Positions 1-8,751 of a stretch of 37,671 nt of DNA are shown piece after piece. The stretch spans positions 1-37,671 of IMG/VR virus record IMGVR_UViG_3300021233_000039, one strand, 5' to 3'. Numbering within the stretch: position 1 is the stretch's first letter; each line of letters starts with the position of its first letter. The stretch comes from a virus (lineage: Duplodnaviria > Caudoviricetes). The notes beneath the pieces are model-generated. The model saw nothing but the letters and a program-made list of their open reading frames with translations. It had not been told where the DNA came from and made no database searches. The translations under genes were made by a program, and so were the position numbers.

Positions 1-77
1 TGGATTATAGAGAATGTATTGTAGAATAAAAGCGGATAAAGAAGATATAAGATATTAGCTAAGGGTGAGGGATTAGT

Positions 78-179
78 CAGAAGGAGCCGAAGTGTTTTGC
101 GTACCCGTTGAAACAAACTGGGGTCTGTAATGTTTAAGCCTATAGGCGACGGTTACGGCAACGGCTACGGCAACGGCGA
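78..179 (+). repeat. Terminal direct repeat copy 1 (102 bp; probably circular assembly overlap)
   Basis: CAGAAGGAGCCGAAGTG...GGCAACGGCGA is identical to 37570-37671. Confidence 0.95.
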
Positions 180-354
180 CGGCAACGGCGACGGTTACGG
201 AAACGGCTACGGCAACGGCTACGGCAACGGCGACGGTTACGGCAACGGCTATGGCTACGGCTACGGCTACGGCAACGGCGACGGTTACGGCAACGGCGAC
301 GGTTACGGGACAGTAAACACCTTAAAACCTCTTAACAAAAGGGAGCAGACATGA
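130..354 (+). CDS. Gly-x (GY/GN/GD) repeat protein
   Basis: 74 aa made mostly of GYGNGDG repeats. The ATG overlaps the stop of the upstream gene (TAATG) and the stop overlaps the next ATG (ATGA). Confidence 0.8.
   Translation: MFKPIGDGYGNGYGNGDGNGDGYGNGYGNGYGNGDGYGNGYGYGYGYGNGDGYGNGDGYGTVNTLKPLNKREQT
146..309 (+). repeat. Hexanucleotide-unit tandem repeat (GGC/GGT + TAC/AAC/GAC)
   Basis: Direct inspection shows ggcaacggctac / ggcgacggttac units. Confidence 0.9.
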
Positions 355-917
355 CAGGCTATCAAAGCAAAAAGAAAGCGGCAAGTGCCAAGACAATAGA
401 CCAAGTTAATTGGGTAGACCATGAGCCTGATGGGTTGGTACATACAGCGCAGGACAAGTTGGAATTAGTTGATTACGAGAAGTTGGCTGCACTTGGGTGG
501 CAAGCAATCGAATGCCCATTTTGTGGCTCATCTGGCGCTCAAGCGTTCCCCAAGCCTGTAGCACAGCCAGCGCAGGAGCCTGAGCTATTGCGTGATGCGG
601 TGTTCGCCGTGCTGGAAGGATTTACCTTGCCCCATGATGTTCGCAAGATACTTGAAGCTGCCTACTACGCCGCCCCACTACAGCCAGCGCAGGAGCCTCA
701 AACCTGCAAAGGTAGGAAATGCCAAGCCAGCAACGAAAACGGTTTTGACCACTCGCCGGAATGCATTGCTGATACAGCAAGAGATCAAGGATGGAGCACC
801 GCCCCACCACAGCGCCCTTGGATAGGGTTGACACCGGAAGAAACAACGGGCTTCACCCAGCACGAAATGTCTGTGGTGAAGTATGTAAGCAAAGTATTGA
901 TGGAGAAAAATGGATGA
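351..917 (+). CDS. Mosaic early phage protein with QPAQEP linkers and a CPFCG motif
   Basis: ORF track; GGGAG RBS; ATGA coupling at both ends; C-terminal PQRPWIGLT segment. Confidence 0.75.
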   Translation: MTGYQSKKKAASAKTIDQVNWVDHEPDGLVHTAQDKLELVDYEKLAALGWQAIECPFCGSSGAQAFPKPVAQPAQEPELLRDAVFAVLEGFTLPHDVRKILEAAYYAAPLQPAQEPQTCKGRKCQASNENGFDHSPECIADTARDQGWSTAPPQRPWIGLTPEETTGFTQHEMSVVKYVSKVLMEKNG

Positions 918-1123
918 CTATCGGACGATTTGCAATTGGCGGCGACTCTAAGCGCCGCGTACTCGGTTTAGCTGGTGAGTGGTCGCCAAGGGAGAAACAG
1001 CCAGGCGAGGCACAGCCTCCCGCGATCTCGATCTGGCGACAACCAGTTTACCAGCCGCCAAAGATGGAGACGCCTCGCCCTGGTGCGAACGATCACCTTA
1101 AGATCAGGAGCAGAGGAATATGA
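914..1123 (+). CDS. Hypothetical protein (69 aa, MTIGRFAIGG...)
   Basis: Internal ATG of the 791..1123 ORF; ATGA overlaps with both neighbours. Confidence 0.7.
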   Translation: MTIGRFAIGGDSKRRVLGLAGEWSPREKQPGEAQPPAISIWRQPVYQPPKMETPRPGANDHLKIRSRGI

Positions 1124-1500
1124 GATCGGTACGCACTGGCCGAGTTTTGGACCTCTTGGGAAAGAAAGAGATGTCCACGTCTGAGATATGCGCTGCTGTG
1201 CACTGCACACAGAGATCGGCGCAGGAAATGCTGGCAAATCTCAAGCGCAAGGGGCTGGTGTATAGGTCAGGGTGGCGGCGTCAGACATCAGGCATCGCCG
1301 CCCTGTTTAAGGCAGGCATTGGCGTAGACGCACCCAAGCCACCCAGGGCCACAGACAAAGAGCGTAAACAAAGGCAGCGCGCCAAAGAGACTCAGGAAGA
1401 TAAAGAGTTTCGCCTGGCGCGTGAGAAGGCCAGGAGCATTAAACCAAGGCGCGATCCTATGATTAGCGCGTTTTATGGCGCGTATAGCAAGCCTGACTGA
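1120..1500 (+). CDS. Winged HTH DNA-binding protein
   Basis: MSTSEICAAVHCTQRSAQEMLANLKRKGLV fits a wHTH pattern; basic C-terminus; GAGG RBS. Confidence 0.7.
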   Translation: MRSVRTGRVLDLLGKKEMSTSEICAAVHCTQRSAQEMLANLKRKGLVYRSGWRRQTSGIAALFKAGIGVDAPKPPRATDKERKQRQRAKETQEDKEFRLAREKARSIKPRRDPMISAFYGAYSKPD

Positions 1501-2702
1501 AGGCGACGCAGTTCTTCTTCGTCAACGGGGTTTGCGAGAAGGTCTGACGCTTTCTTACTATTGCGTTCAAGAATCCTGAGATTCTGTTCTTCACCAGGGA
1601 AGGTAACAAAGTTGCGGGTTTGTTTACTAACTCCAGCAGCTCTTGAACCTTCATCTAGGTATTTGATGCCAGGTATCCCAACTTGACGTAATCTTTCAAC
1701 TATTCTTGGATCATTTAAATCAACAACTGATTGAGGATACAAGTTCCTCATGCGAACGCTATCATTTAAATAATCATTGATTTGGAATTGTTGAGGACGC
1801 GACAATGGTGAATCTGGCCCAACAAGTGCTTGACGCATTTTCTCAATCACATTACGCTGCTCTGCCATTGGCTTGTCCCAATCAATCATCTGCGCTATCT
1901 TTTCGTTTGGTAGGTCAACTTTATACAAGTTGCCTTTGTTTTCTAAAGGCTTTTTGTAGTTTCCTGACTCTAAAAAATTTAAAGTTTCTGTCAGCAACTT
2001 TTTTTGATCATGGTCAGGATTAGATTCAAGAACGAAACGAATATCATCAGATGCATATTCAGGACTGCCAGTTAATTCAACTAATCGTTTAGCATTTGCA
2101 TGAGCCGTTAATCTACCTTGATTAAACTTGTCTGCATTAGCTAAATTCTTTGCATATTCTTCAGCTACTGGGCGCGCTTCAGCCGTGTATATCCCATGAC
2201 CATAAGACTGCGCACCTTCACCAGTTCCAATCTTGGAAGCATCAAACTCGCCTAAAGGATTTCTAGGTGTTGGTGGCAAGGTATGCGGTGTCCCGTGATA
2301 AACGTCAAGCGGACTAACTGTGCGATTGCTCATGCCTTGCATCATCTCAGCAAGCAGACCACCTCGGTTCATCACTTGCGGGACAGCACGCTCTGCTAAA
2401 CGCTCACCAGCACGTCCCAATGCCATTGCACCCCTTTGAGCAGGAGCAGCCATAGGCAAAACACCAAGCGCAGTACCAACGGGGAACGTGTACTCAGCAC
2501 CCTGACGCACGGCTGCCGTACTAGGGTCCATGACGCTGCCAGCCATCTCATCGGGCGCAGTGCCAAGCAAACCACCCAAGGCGCCATATAGCGTAGGGTA
2601 ATCCTGGCGCAGATAAGGCTGGTCTGGACCCTTGACCATCTGCGTACCCATCAGGTTACGCTTTGGCTTTTGCGCATTCAGTAATTCGTCAAGCAGACCC
2701 AT
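1473..2702 (-). CDS. Probable virion-ejected protein with ADP-ribosyltransferase-like (ART-PolyVal type) domain
   Basis: Motifs VYHGTPH, FDASKIGTGEGAQSYGHGIY, AEEYA, LYKV, GIPGIKY and NFVTF. It is the last gene of the ejection-protein cluster and has an AGGAG RBS. Confidence 0.7.
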   Translation of the reverse strand: MGLLDELLNAQKPKRNLMGTQMVKGPDQPYLRQDYPTLYGALGGLLGTAPDEMAGSVMDPSTAAVRQGAEYTFPVGTALGVLPMAAPAQRGAMALGRAGERLAERAVPQVMNRGGLLAEMMQGMSNRTVSPLDVYHGTPHTLPPTPRNPLGEFDASKIGTGEGAQSYGHGIYTAEARPVAEEYAKNLANADKFNQGRLTAHANAKRLVELTGSPEYASDDIRFVLESNPDHDQKKLLTETLNFLESGNYKKPLENKGNLYKVDLPNEKIAQMIDWDKPMAEQRNVIEKMRQALVGPDSPLSRPQQFQINDYLNDSVRMRNLYPQSVVDLNDPRIVERLRQVGIPGIKYLDEGSRAAGVSKQTRNFVTFPGEEQNLRILERNSKKASDLLANPVDEEELRRLQSGLLYAP

Positions 2703-2714
2703 CTCAGTTACTCC

Positions 2715-4865
2715 TTATTGACCATATGGCCCTGCTGGGTTAAGAAAGTTAAATTGCTCATTGCCTACGCCAGAACCGATTACCGGAGACGTAATACGGC
2801 CAGCTTGCCCAGCGGTATATCCACCATAACCGGCTGCGCGTGATCGTGCCTCGTTCATCCTACGAATCTGATCTCCAAGATCAATCAGGCGCTGCTGCTC
2901 ACGCGATAAAAGCAAACGCCCCATCTCAGCCCTAACTGGCTCTGGCGTACCAAGACGATTAAATAGGTTTGTAGCCGCAGCCGCTACACCAGGCACGTTA
3001 CCTGTGCTCACAGCTTGACCTGCCGCCATCACAGCGGGTATTCCAAGGTCCTCCATCCCAGCCAAACGACCAGCACTTTGCGATCCACGCCCAAGAGACT
3101 CAAGACCTTTAAGTCGAGCCTCTTTTGCTACTGCTGACGCAAACTCTCGATAGTCGTCATTGAATACTGCTTTCAAACGCTCTCGCGTAGTTGGCTCCCT
3201 CCACATCTTTAGCAGTGACGTTTGACCAGCTTCAGTCCCCGTCTTTTGACGCAGAGCCTGCAATGCACCAATACGGAATGCATCCATCTCAGACTGAGTT
3301 AACCCTGCCAATTCTTGCTTGAAATTGATAATGTCACCTGTCATGGCCTTGCGTCCAAGATCAGCGGCATCCATCATCTGCGAAGGACCAGCCCACTTTT
3401 CCATAGCCTGGGAATAGGCAGACTGCCCACCAACTTTTGGTGATTTTGCCGTTAGAACATTTATCAAGTCCTTGCGCACGTCATCATAGGCATTGGCCTG
3501 CTGACCACCGCCAGCACGCTTTAATGTCTGAGCAGAATCGTACAAAGAATGTTTTAACGTATCAAGCACGTTCATTGGTACAAAGTCACCTTTTTGCAGA
3601 TTTGCCAAGTCAAGAGTTTGTCCAGTCTTTGTCTTGTACAGTAACTCAGCAGGACCCTGTAACGATTCAGAGCGTTTAAGCAATGCAGCTAAAGTATCGT
3701 CAACCTTGACAGTCGCTTTATCAATAATGTCGTAAAAAGGACGCGCCTCAGACTTACGCTGCGCATTAAATGCGTCAATACTTTGCTGAAACTCCGCACC
3801 TTGAGTACCTAAAGCCTCATCAGCAGCAGTCACTAAACGCCCTGCACGTCCAGCCTGACGTTCTCGAATAGCACGCTCCAAAGCCTGCTTTGTCTCACCA
3901 GGCAGCGTAGCAATCGTATCCAGCAACTGGCGCACATTGGCGCCACCAACGTCAGCAATACGCGCCTCCAGTCCGAGCTTACCCATCCTGGCCTGTGCCA
4001 TACCCAATGCGCTTTGCAGTAAATCTGGTGGCGTATCGCGCAGCAGTGCCTCGGCAACCTTTTGCTGGGCATAGGTAGATGCCGTCTCTTGTGACCCATA
4101 TCTACCAGCAACTTGGCGTCCAGCAGCTCCTAAAACCCCCATTACAGGCTGCGTAACAGGTCCGAGCACCGCACCCATCAGTGCGCTCTTTCCAGCGTCT
4201 GTTGCTATCTCTCCTGGCGTCTGTCCCTCACTGGCTCCAGCCCCACCAAGCAATCCATATCCAACGCCACCAGCACCGGCCTGCGCCATACGTTGACCCA
4301 TGCCCATGACCTTGCCAGCTTCTGGAGCACCAGCTAAATAACGCCCAACGTCAGTAGCAACCTTTGCCAATTTAGGGGCAGCAGTAGTAATTGCTGGCAT
4401 AACTGCACCAGCAGCCCTTGCTGGCAAACCTGCCATCATGGTTGGAATTGACGCCACACCCTGCAATCCAGCAGATGTCCAAGGGTTTTCCTTCATGTAG
4501 GATTCGGCAGCACCACGGCGTATGTCACGCTCCTGCTGGTATGCCTCAGATAATGGCTTACCTGTTTGTATTGCGGTAATAGGAGCAGCCAATGCACCAG
4601 CAAGCTCATCATAGAACCCGAATGTCGGACCCTGCATCGCAGTCAAGAAACCTTTTTCAAGTTCAGACTTTTTGGCTCCAGCCTCGTAAGCAGGGGACTT
4701 TCTTTCAGCTAAGAATTTCAATATCTCTGATGGCGTGTACTGATTTTCGTATGCTGACGTAATGCTCTGAGTTAGATCAGGCATTGAGGCAAGATACTTG
4801 ACAATTTCATCGTCTTGATATCCAGCAGACTTAGCCTCTTTGATCTTGTTTTTTAGATCATCCAT
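2715..4865 (-). CDS. Large internal virion / DNA ejection protein
   Basis: 716 aa, Ala/Gly-rich and helical; GPTFGFYDE motif; lies downstream of the nozzle gene. Confidence 0.7.
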   Translation of the reverse strand: MDDLKNKIKEAKSAGYQDDEIVKYLASMPDLTQSITSAYENQYTPSEILKFLAERKSPAYEAGAKKSELEKGFLTAMQGPTFGFYDELAGALAAPITAIQTGKPLSEAYQQERDIRRGAAESYMKENPWTSAGLQGVASIPTMMAGLPARAAGAVMPAITTAAPKLAKVATDVGRYLAGAPEAGKVMGMGQRMAQAGAGGVGYGLLGGAGASEGQTPGEIATDAGKSALMGAVLGPVTQPVMGVLGAAGRQVAGRYGSQETASTYAQQKVAEALLRDTPPDLLQSALGMAQARMGKLGLEARIADVGGANVRQLLDTIATLPGETKQALERAIRERQAGRAGRLVTAADEALGTQGAEFQQSIDAFNAQRKSEARPFYDIIDKATVKVDDTLAALLKRSESLQGPAELLYKTKTGQTLDLANLQKGDFVPMNVLDTLKHSLYDSAQTLKRAGGGQQANAYDDVRKDLINVLTAKSPKVGGQSAYSQAMEKWAGPSQMMDAADLGRKAMTGDIINFKQELAGLTQSEMDAFRIGALQALRQKTGTEAGQTSLLKMWREPTTRERLKAVFNDDYREFASAVAKEARLKGLESLGRGSQSAGRLAGMEDLGIPAVMAAGQAVSTGNVPGVAAAATNLFNRLGTPEPVRAEMGRLLLSREQQRLIDLGDQIRRMNEARSRAAGYGGYTAGQAGRITSPVIGSGVGNEQFNFLNPAGPYGQ

Positions 4866-4884
4866 GATTTAATCCTTTTGATAT

Positions 4885-6135
4885 CTAACGCGGAAAAATC
4901 TCGCCTAATGGCTTCCTTTGCGCACTACCAGTAGCACCACGACCACCACCCATCAAAGATGGAATCTGTGCTGGTGGCCCTAATGCCTTACTAGCATCAA
5001 GTCCAAAACTTTGTCCGTAATCTTGATATTCTTGACGCTTTTGGTTGTACGCTTGACCAGCGGCTGCGTACAGTTCATTTGACAATTGCTTGAAGTCAGC
5101 GCGTTGCTGCTCAGTCAATTTATTACCTGATTGCCACATACTGAAGTAATTTTTTAGTCTATCCATGCGACCTGATGCCGCCATAGCAATACCCAACTCA
5201 GACTCTCTAACCACAGAGCCAGGATCAAGCAATTTCATTACCTTTGTAGCACCAGCTACATCACCAATTGGCGTTCCTTGGTCAAGTGAAGTCATTACCT
5301 GACCGTAAGCAGACTTCATGTCGTTGTAGTCTTTGTAAATGGGTTCTGCATTGAACGTTTTCTTCAATGACATTGTGTTCTCAAAACCCTTTTGACCTTC
5401 ACCAACACTTACGTTAGTAGCACCAGCCCTGCGAATGGCCATGATGTTTTCCATTGTTATAGGTTTACCAGCAGCCTGTAACAATTTAACCTCTGTAGGA
5501 TTTGCTTCTGGCTTATCAAGCAAACGTAAATTTTCTACAGTAGGTGGCAATCCAAGCGCACGCAAAGTACGAATTGCATCAGGCTCTGCTTGAGGTTTTT
5601 CTGCCGCACTCAAAATTTCTGGTTTTCCAGTAGTCGCATTTATTACCGCTGCCGTTCCTGGTGGTAATCCATAGGCAGCCAATTGTTCTGGCGTCATTGG
5701 CGTAAAAGAATCAGCTTGTTTACGTCCCAACTGCATCTCAAGCACTTTAGGAAGCAATGCTTTCGGATTCATTGCAACAATGCGAGCCTGTTCTGGAGTA
5801 AGCCCAAAACTTGCACCCATGTTTCCAGACGCCAATGATTCAGTCAACCGCTTATCTGCGGCAGACTCCTCCAACTTCTGCTTAGTCATCAAGCCAGACA
5901 GTGCCTGTTGCTGGGCCTGTTGATAGCCAGTCTGTCCAGCTCCATAAGCCTCGCCAAGAGCCTGGCCGAGTCCGATTGGGGTAGTGCTAGGACCAGATGC
6001 CCTTAACAGCGCCATAGCGGCCTGCATAACGCCCTGGTTGCGCATTGCTTTGAGTTGCTCCGGATCTAGATAACCCTCAAAGCCAGTAGATGGCGCATTG
6101 CCAAATAGCAGCCCACCTAAATCGAAATCTGCCAT
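4885..6135 (-). CDS. Internal virion / ejection protein
   Basis: 416 aa with a KLLDPGSVVRESE motif typical of podovirus internal proteins; position in the cluster. Confidence 0.7.
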   Translation of the reverse strand: MADFDLGGLLFGNAPSTGFEGYLDPEQLKAMRNQGVMQAAMALLRASGPSTTPIGLGQALGEAYGAGQTGYQQAQQQALSGLMTKQKLEESAADKRLTESLASGNMGASFGLTPEQARIVAMNPKALLPKVLEMQLGRKQADSFTPMTPEQLAAYGLPPGTAAVINATTGKPEILSAAEKPQAEPDAIRTLRALGLPPTVENLRLLDKPEANPTEVKLLQAAGKPITMENIMAIRRAGATNVSVGEGQKGFENTMSLKKTFNAEPIYKDYNDMKSAYGQVMTSLDQGTPIGDVAGATKVMKLLDPGSVVRESELGIAMAASGRMDRLKNYFSMWQSGNKLTEQQRADFKQLSNELYAAAGQAYNQKRQEYQDYGQSFGLDASKALGPPAQIPSLMGGGRGATGSAQRKPLGEIFPR

Positions 6136-6147
6136 GATATAAATCCT

Positions 6148-7473
6148 TTAAAAGAGTCCGAGCAAGCCGCCAAGTGCAGCGCCCCAAGGACCACCCATTT
6201 GATAGCCTGCGGCAGCGCCACCTAAAGCACCAGCTCCGACATTTCTGCTTGTTGGAGTTGTAGTAGTCTGTCCAAGATTGGGCAGGTTCTGGCCTAGTGC
6301 AGATTGCGCGATCTGTAGTTTTTGTAGACCAATATTACGCTGCGCATCCATCTGCTGCTGTAGTAGTTGCTGGCGTGCAGCGCCTGCCTGCATAGCGGCA
6401 TTTGCTCCAGACATACGTAAAGCCTGCTGTTGGCCACCAAGGTTGCCCAATTGATTCGCAGCTCCAAGCCTAAACTGAGCACCAGCAAGTCCAGCATTTT
6501 GATTTGCCAAAGCAGCATTCTGTCCAAGATTTGCATTAAATTGCGACATAGCGTTTCGGGCTGCTGCATTTGACAATGCTGACTGGTTTATAGCCCCAGC
6601 ACCAAACTGAGATGCAGCATTTTGTGCGGCCATATTTGATAGACCAGCCTGCTGTAGATTACCTACATTAAACTGAGACATTGCGTTTCTGGCGGCTGCA
6701 TTTGACAATGCTGCTTGATTCATTGCGCCAGCGCCAAACTGTGATGCCGCTGACCGTTGCGCAGCATTTTGCATCGACGCCTGCTGTTGGCGCGCAAGAT
6801 CCTGCTGTTGTGCAGCCATAGCCTGGTTAAACGCGTTCTCATTGAGTTGCGTGGCTAACCTGCCAGCCTGAGTGCCATAGCCAATGTTTGTCTGCGCCTC
6901 TGCAACTGCCTGGCGTGAACCTCCAAAGGCGCGAGCCTGTTGAGCTTGCTGCGCTGTCTGGCGTATAGCATTCTGACGTGAAGTCTCCAAATCGGATAAC
7001 GCATTTTCACGAACATATTGCGTATAGGGGTTCATGTAACTGCCAATAGTTCCAGGCCCTTGTCCCATGCCAAGATTTGCCTGGGCAGCATTAACGTCAC
7101 TGGCGCGATAACCTGTAGCCCCAGCCAGTGCGGCAGGACCAGCTTGCGCTCCACCAAAACTTGCAGCGCGATAACCAGTCGCATCAGCAAGTGATGCAGG
7201 ACCTCCGCTAAAACCAGAAACTGTCGCAGGTTGATAAGTTCCCTCAATACCATTGCGATATGCTGCCTCATCAACACTAGCAATTCCAGGACCCGCAAGA
7301 CCTGTATTTACTAGCTGTTGTTCACCAGCTTGATACATAGGGTTAAACCCAGCAAACTGCTGGACAGGTAGTGCACCAGCAACATTTTGCGACTGCTCTA
7401 TATTTTGTAAGTATGCCTTTTTCAGATCAGGATCAATACTGGTGGATTGAGTTTGACTTCCGCCTTTGCTCAT
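6148..7473 (-). CDS. DNA pilot/ejection protein with 11-residue Q/N/A repeats and a C-terminal glycine zipper
   Basis: SQF..NQA/ALSNAAARNAM repeats; C-terminus GAGALGGAAAGYQMGGPWGAALGGLLGLF. Confidence 0.7.
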   Translation of the reverse strand: MSKGGSQTQSTSIDPDLKKAYLQNIEQSQNVAGALPVQQFAGFNPMYQAGEQQLVNTGLAGPGIASVDEAAYRNGIEGTYQPATVSGFSGGPASLADATGYRAASFGGAQAGPAALAGATGYRASDVNAAQANLGMGQGPGTIGSYMNPYTQYVRENALSDLETSRQNAIRQTAQQAQQARAFGGSRQAVAEAQTNIGYGTQAGRLATQLNENAFNQAMAAQQQDLARQQQASMQNAAQRSAASQFGAGAMNQAALSNAAARNAMSQFNVGNLQQAGLSNMAAQNAASQFGAGAINQSALSNAAARNAMSQFNANLGQNAALANQNAGLAGAQFRLGAANQLGNLGGQQQALRMSGANAAMQAGAARQQLLQQQMDAQRNIGLQKLQIAQSALGQNLPNLGQTTTTPTSRNVGAGALGGAAAGYQMGGPWGAALGGLLGLF

Positions 7474-7484
7474 GTCGTTCCCCT

Positions 7485-8372
7485 TTACATTTCAAGCAAG
7501 CCGCGCAGCTTGCCTTTAGAAATCTTACCGCTATTGATAGCGTTCATTAATTCAATTCCGTATTTTTTTACAGCCTTGTCATTAATGACATACTCGCCAT
7601 CCTTCAATGCTCCATACCCTTGATCTGGACCCATTGGATCAGGACCACTTAGTAGTGACGATTTGACATGGCCACCCTTTGCCCAACCGCCCCTAGTTCC
7701 ACGATCTCCACCGCCAGATGCATCACCGTTATTGCCACCAGTAGCAACACCGCCGCCATCACTGCCACCTCTGCCACCACCATTGCCATTTGCGTCTGAT
7801 CCATTATCAGATCCAATCGTTGTGTAGTTGCGGCCCTCATTGCTGTAATTGGTATCGCCAACCAATGAAGGACTCTTATCTAGCCCCTCGTTTCCATAGT
7901 TGGTGTATACATTTTTGGCAATAGCATCAGATAGTCCAGTTAAGCCTAGATTACCTAAAAATGCAGCTAATTGATTGGCGTATGGAGATGCGCTATCGCT
8001 AAATCCACTGCCACCAAATTGAGCAAGTCCAGCACCGCTTTGAGTGTCATTTGTCCACCTGCCTCTGTCGCTTCCACCGCGAGTAGTATCGCCAGATGTT
8101 TGCTGAGTTACAGGAGTAACAGGTTGGCGTTTGTATAGGTTTGGATCGTACCCGCCGGTAGCGCCACCGCCACCATATACATTCCCAATTCCTTCCTGGT
8201 ATCCAGTGCCAGATGCACCGCCATAACCACCCATTCGAGACATAATGTCTTGATAAGGTCCTTGCTGCGCATAAGGCAAATAAGGCGTAACAGGTGATGA
8301 GGAATATTGTCCTTCACCATTAACTATCACTGGAAAACCATCTATTTCGCGGTAAGCTCCACCAAGACTCAT
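7485..8372 (-). CDS. Gly-rich virion protein with a C-terminal AKGG...GEYVI...AVKKYG module
   Basis: ORF track; GGGG RBS. The C-terminal motif resembles the one at tape-measure C-termini. Confidence 0.65.
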   Translation of the reverse strand: MSLGGAYREIDGFPVIVNGEGQYSSSPVTPYLPYAQQGPYQDIMSRMGGYGGASGTGYQEGIGNVYGGGGATGGYDPNLYKRQPVTPVTQQTSGDTTRGGSDRGRWTNDTQSGAGLAQFGGSGFSDSASPYANQLAAFLGNLGLTGLSDAIAKNVYTNYGNEGLDKSPSLVGDTNYSNEGRNYTTIGSDNGSDANGNGGGRGGSDGGGVATGGNNGDASGGGDRGTRGGWAKGGHVKSSLLSGPDPMGPDQGYGALKDGEYVINDKAVKKYGIELMNAINSGKISKGKLRGLLEM

Positions 8373-8382
8373 ATCATTCCCC

Positions 8383-8751
8383 TTACAAATTTTTGCTCAA
8401 AATAAACCACTTAGGTTCATATCCTTCATCACGCAAAAACGTTTTGGCCCAGCCTTTACGTCCTGCGAGAGTAACTCGCGTGCAACCTAAACTCTTGCCC
8501 CAAAGCTCAATGTGTGGTCGCATCAGCTTGAGTTCATCTAGGTCGCCGCCAGCCAAGAAGTAATGCAAATTCTTGAGTCGCGGGTAGACAATGATCTCGG
8601 TAACAACTACAGAATTTGCGGCTGGCCAGAGCTGGAACCTATTACTGGAAATGCCCTGGACAATATCGTCAAATGTGTGTGTACCTTCAGAGTATTCTAA
8701 AGCCGATTCCACCTGCTTGCGCAGCCTTACAAGCTCATTTACGTCATTCAT
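8383..8751 (-). CDS. Putative acetyltransferase-fold (GNAT-like) virion assembly protein
   Basis: 122 aa with GCTRVTLAGRKGW; sits right after the nozzle, as T7 gp13-like genes do. Confidence 0.5.
   Translation of the reverse strand: MNDVNELVRLRKQVESALEYSEGTHTFDDIVQGISSNRFQLWPAANSVVVTEIIVYPRLKNLHYFLAGGDLDELKLMRPHIELWGKSLGCTRVTLAGRKGWAKTFLRDEGYEPKWFILSKNL

Noticed and set aside
146-309. Possible CRISPR or mini-array
   Set aside because: The units are 6-bp codon pairs with no unique spacers; it is a coding repeat.
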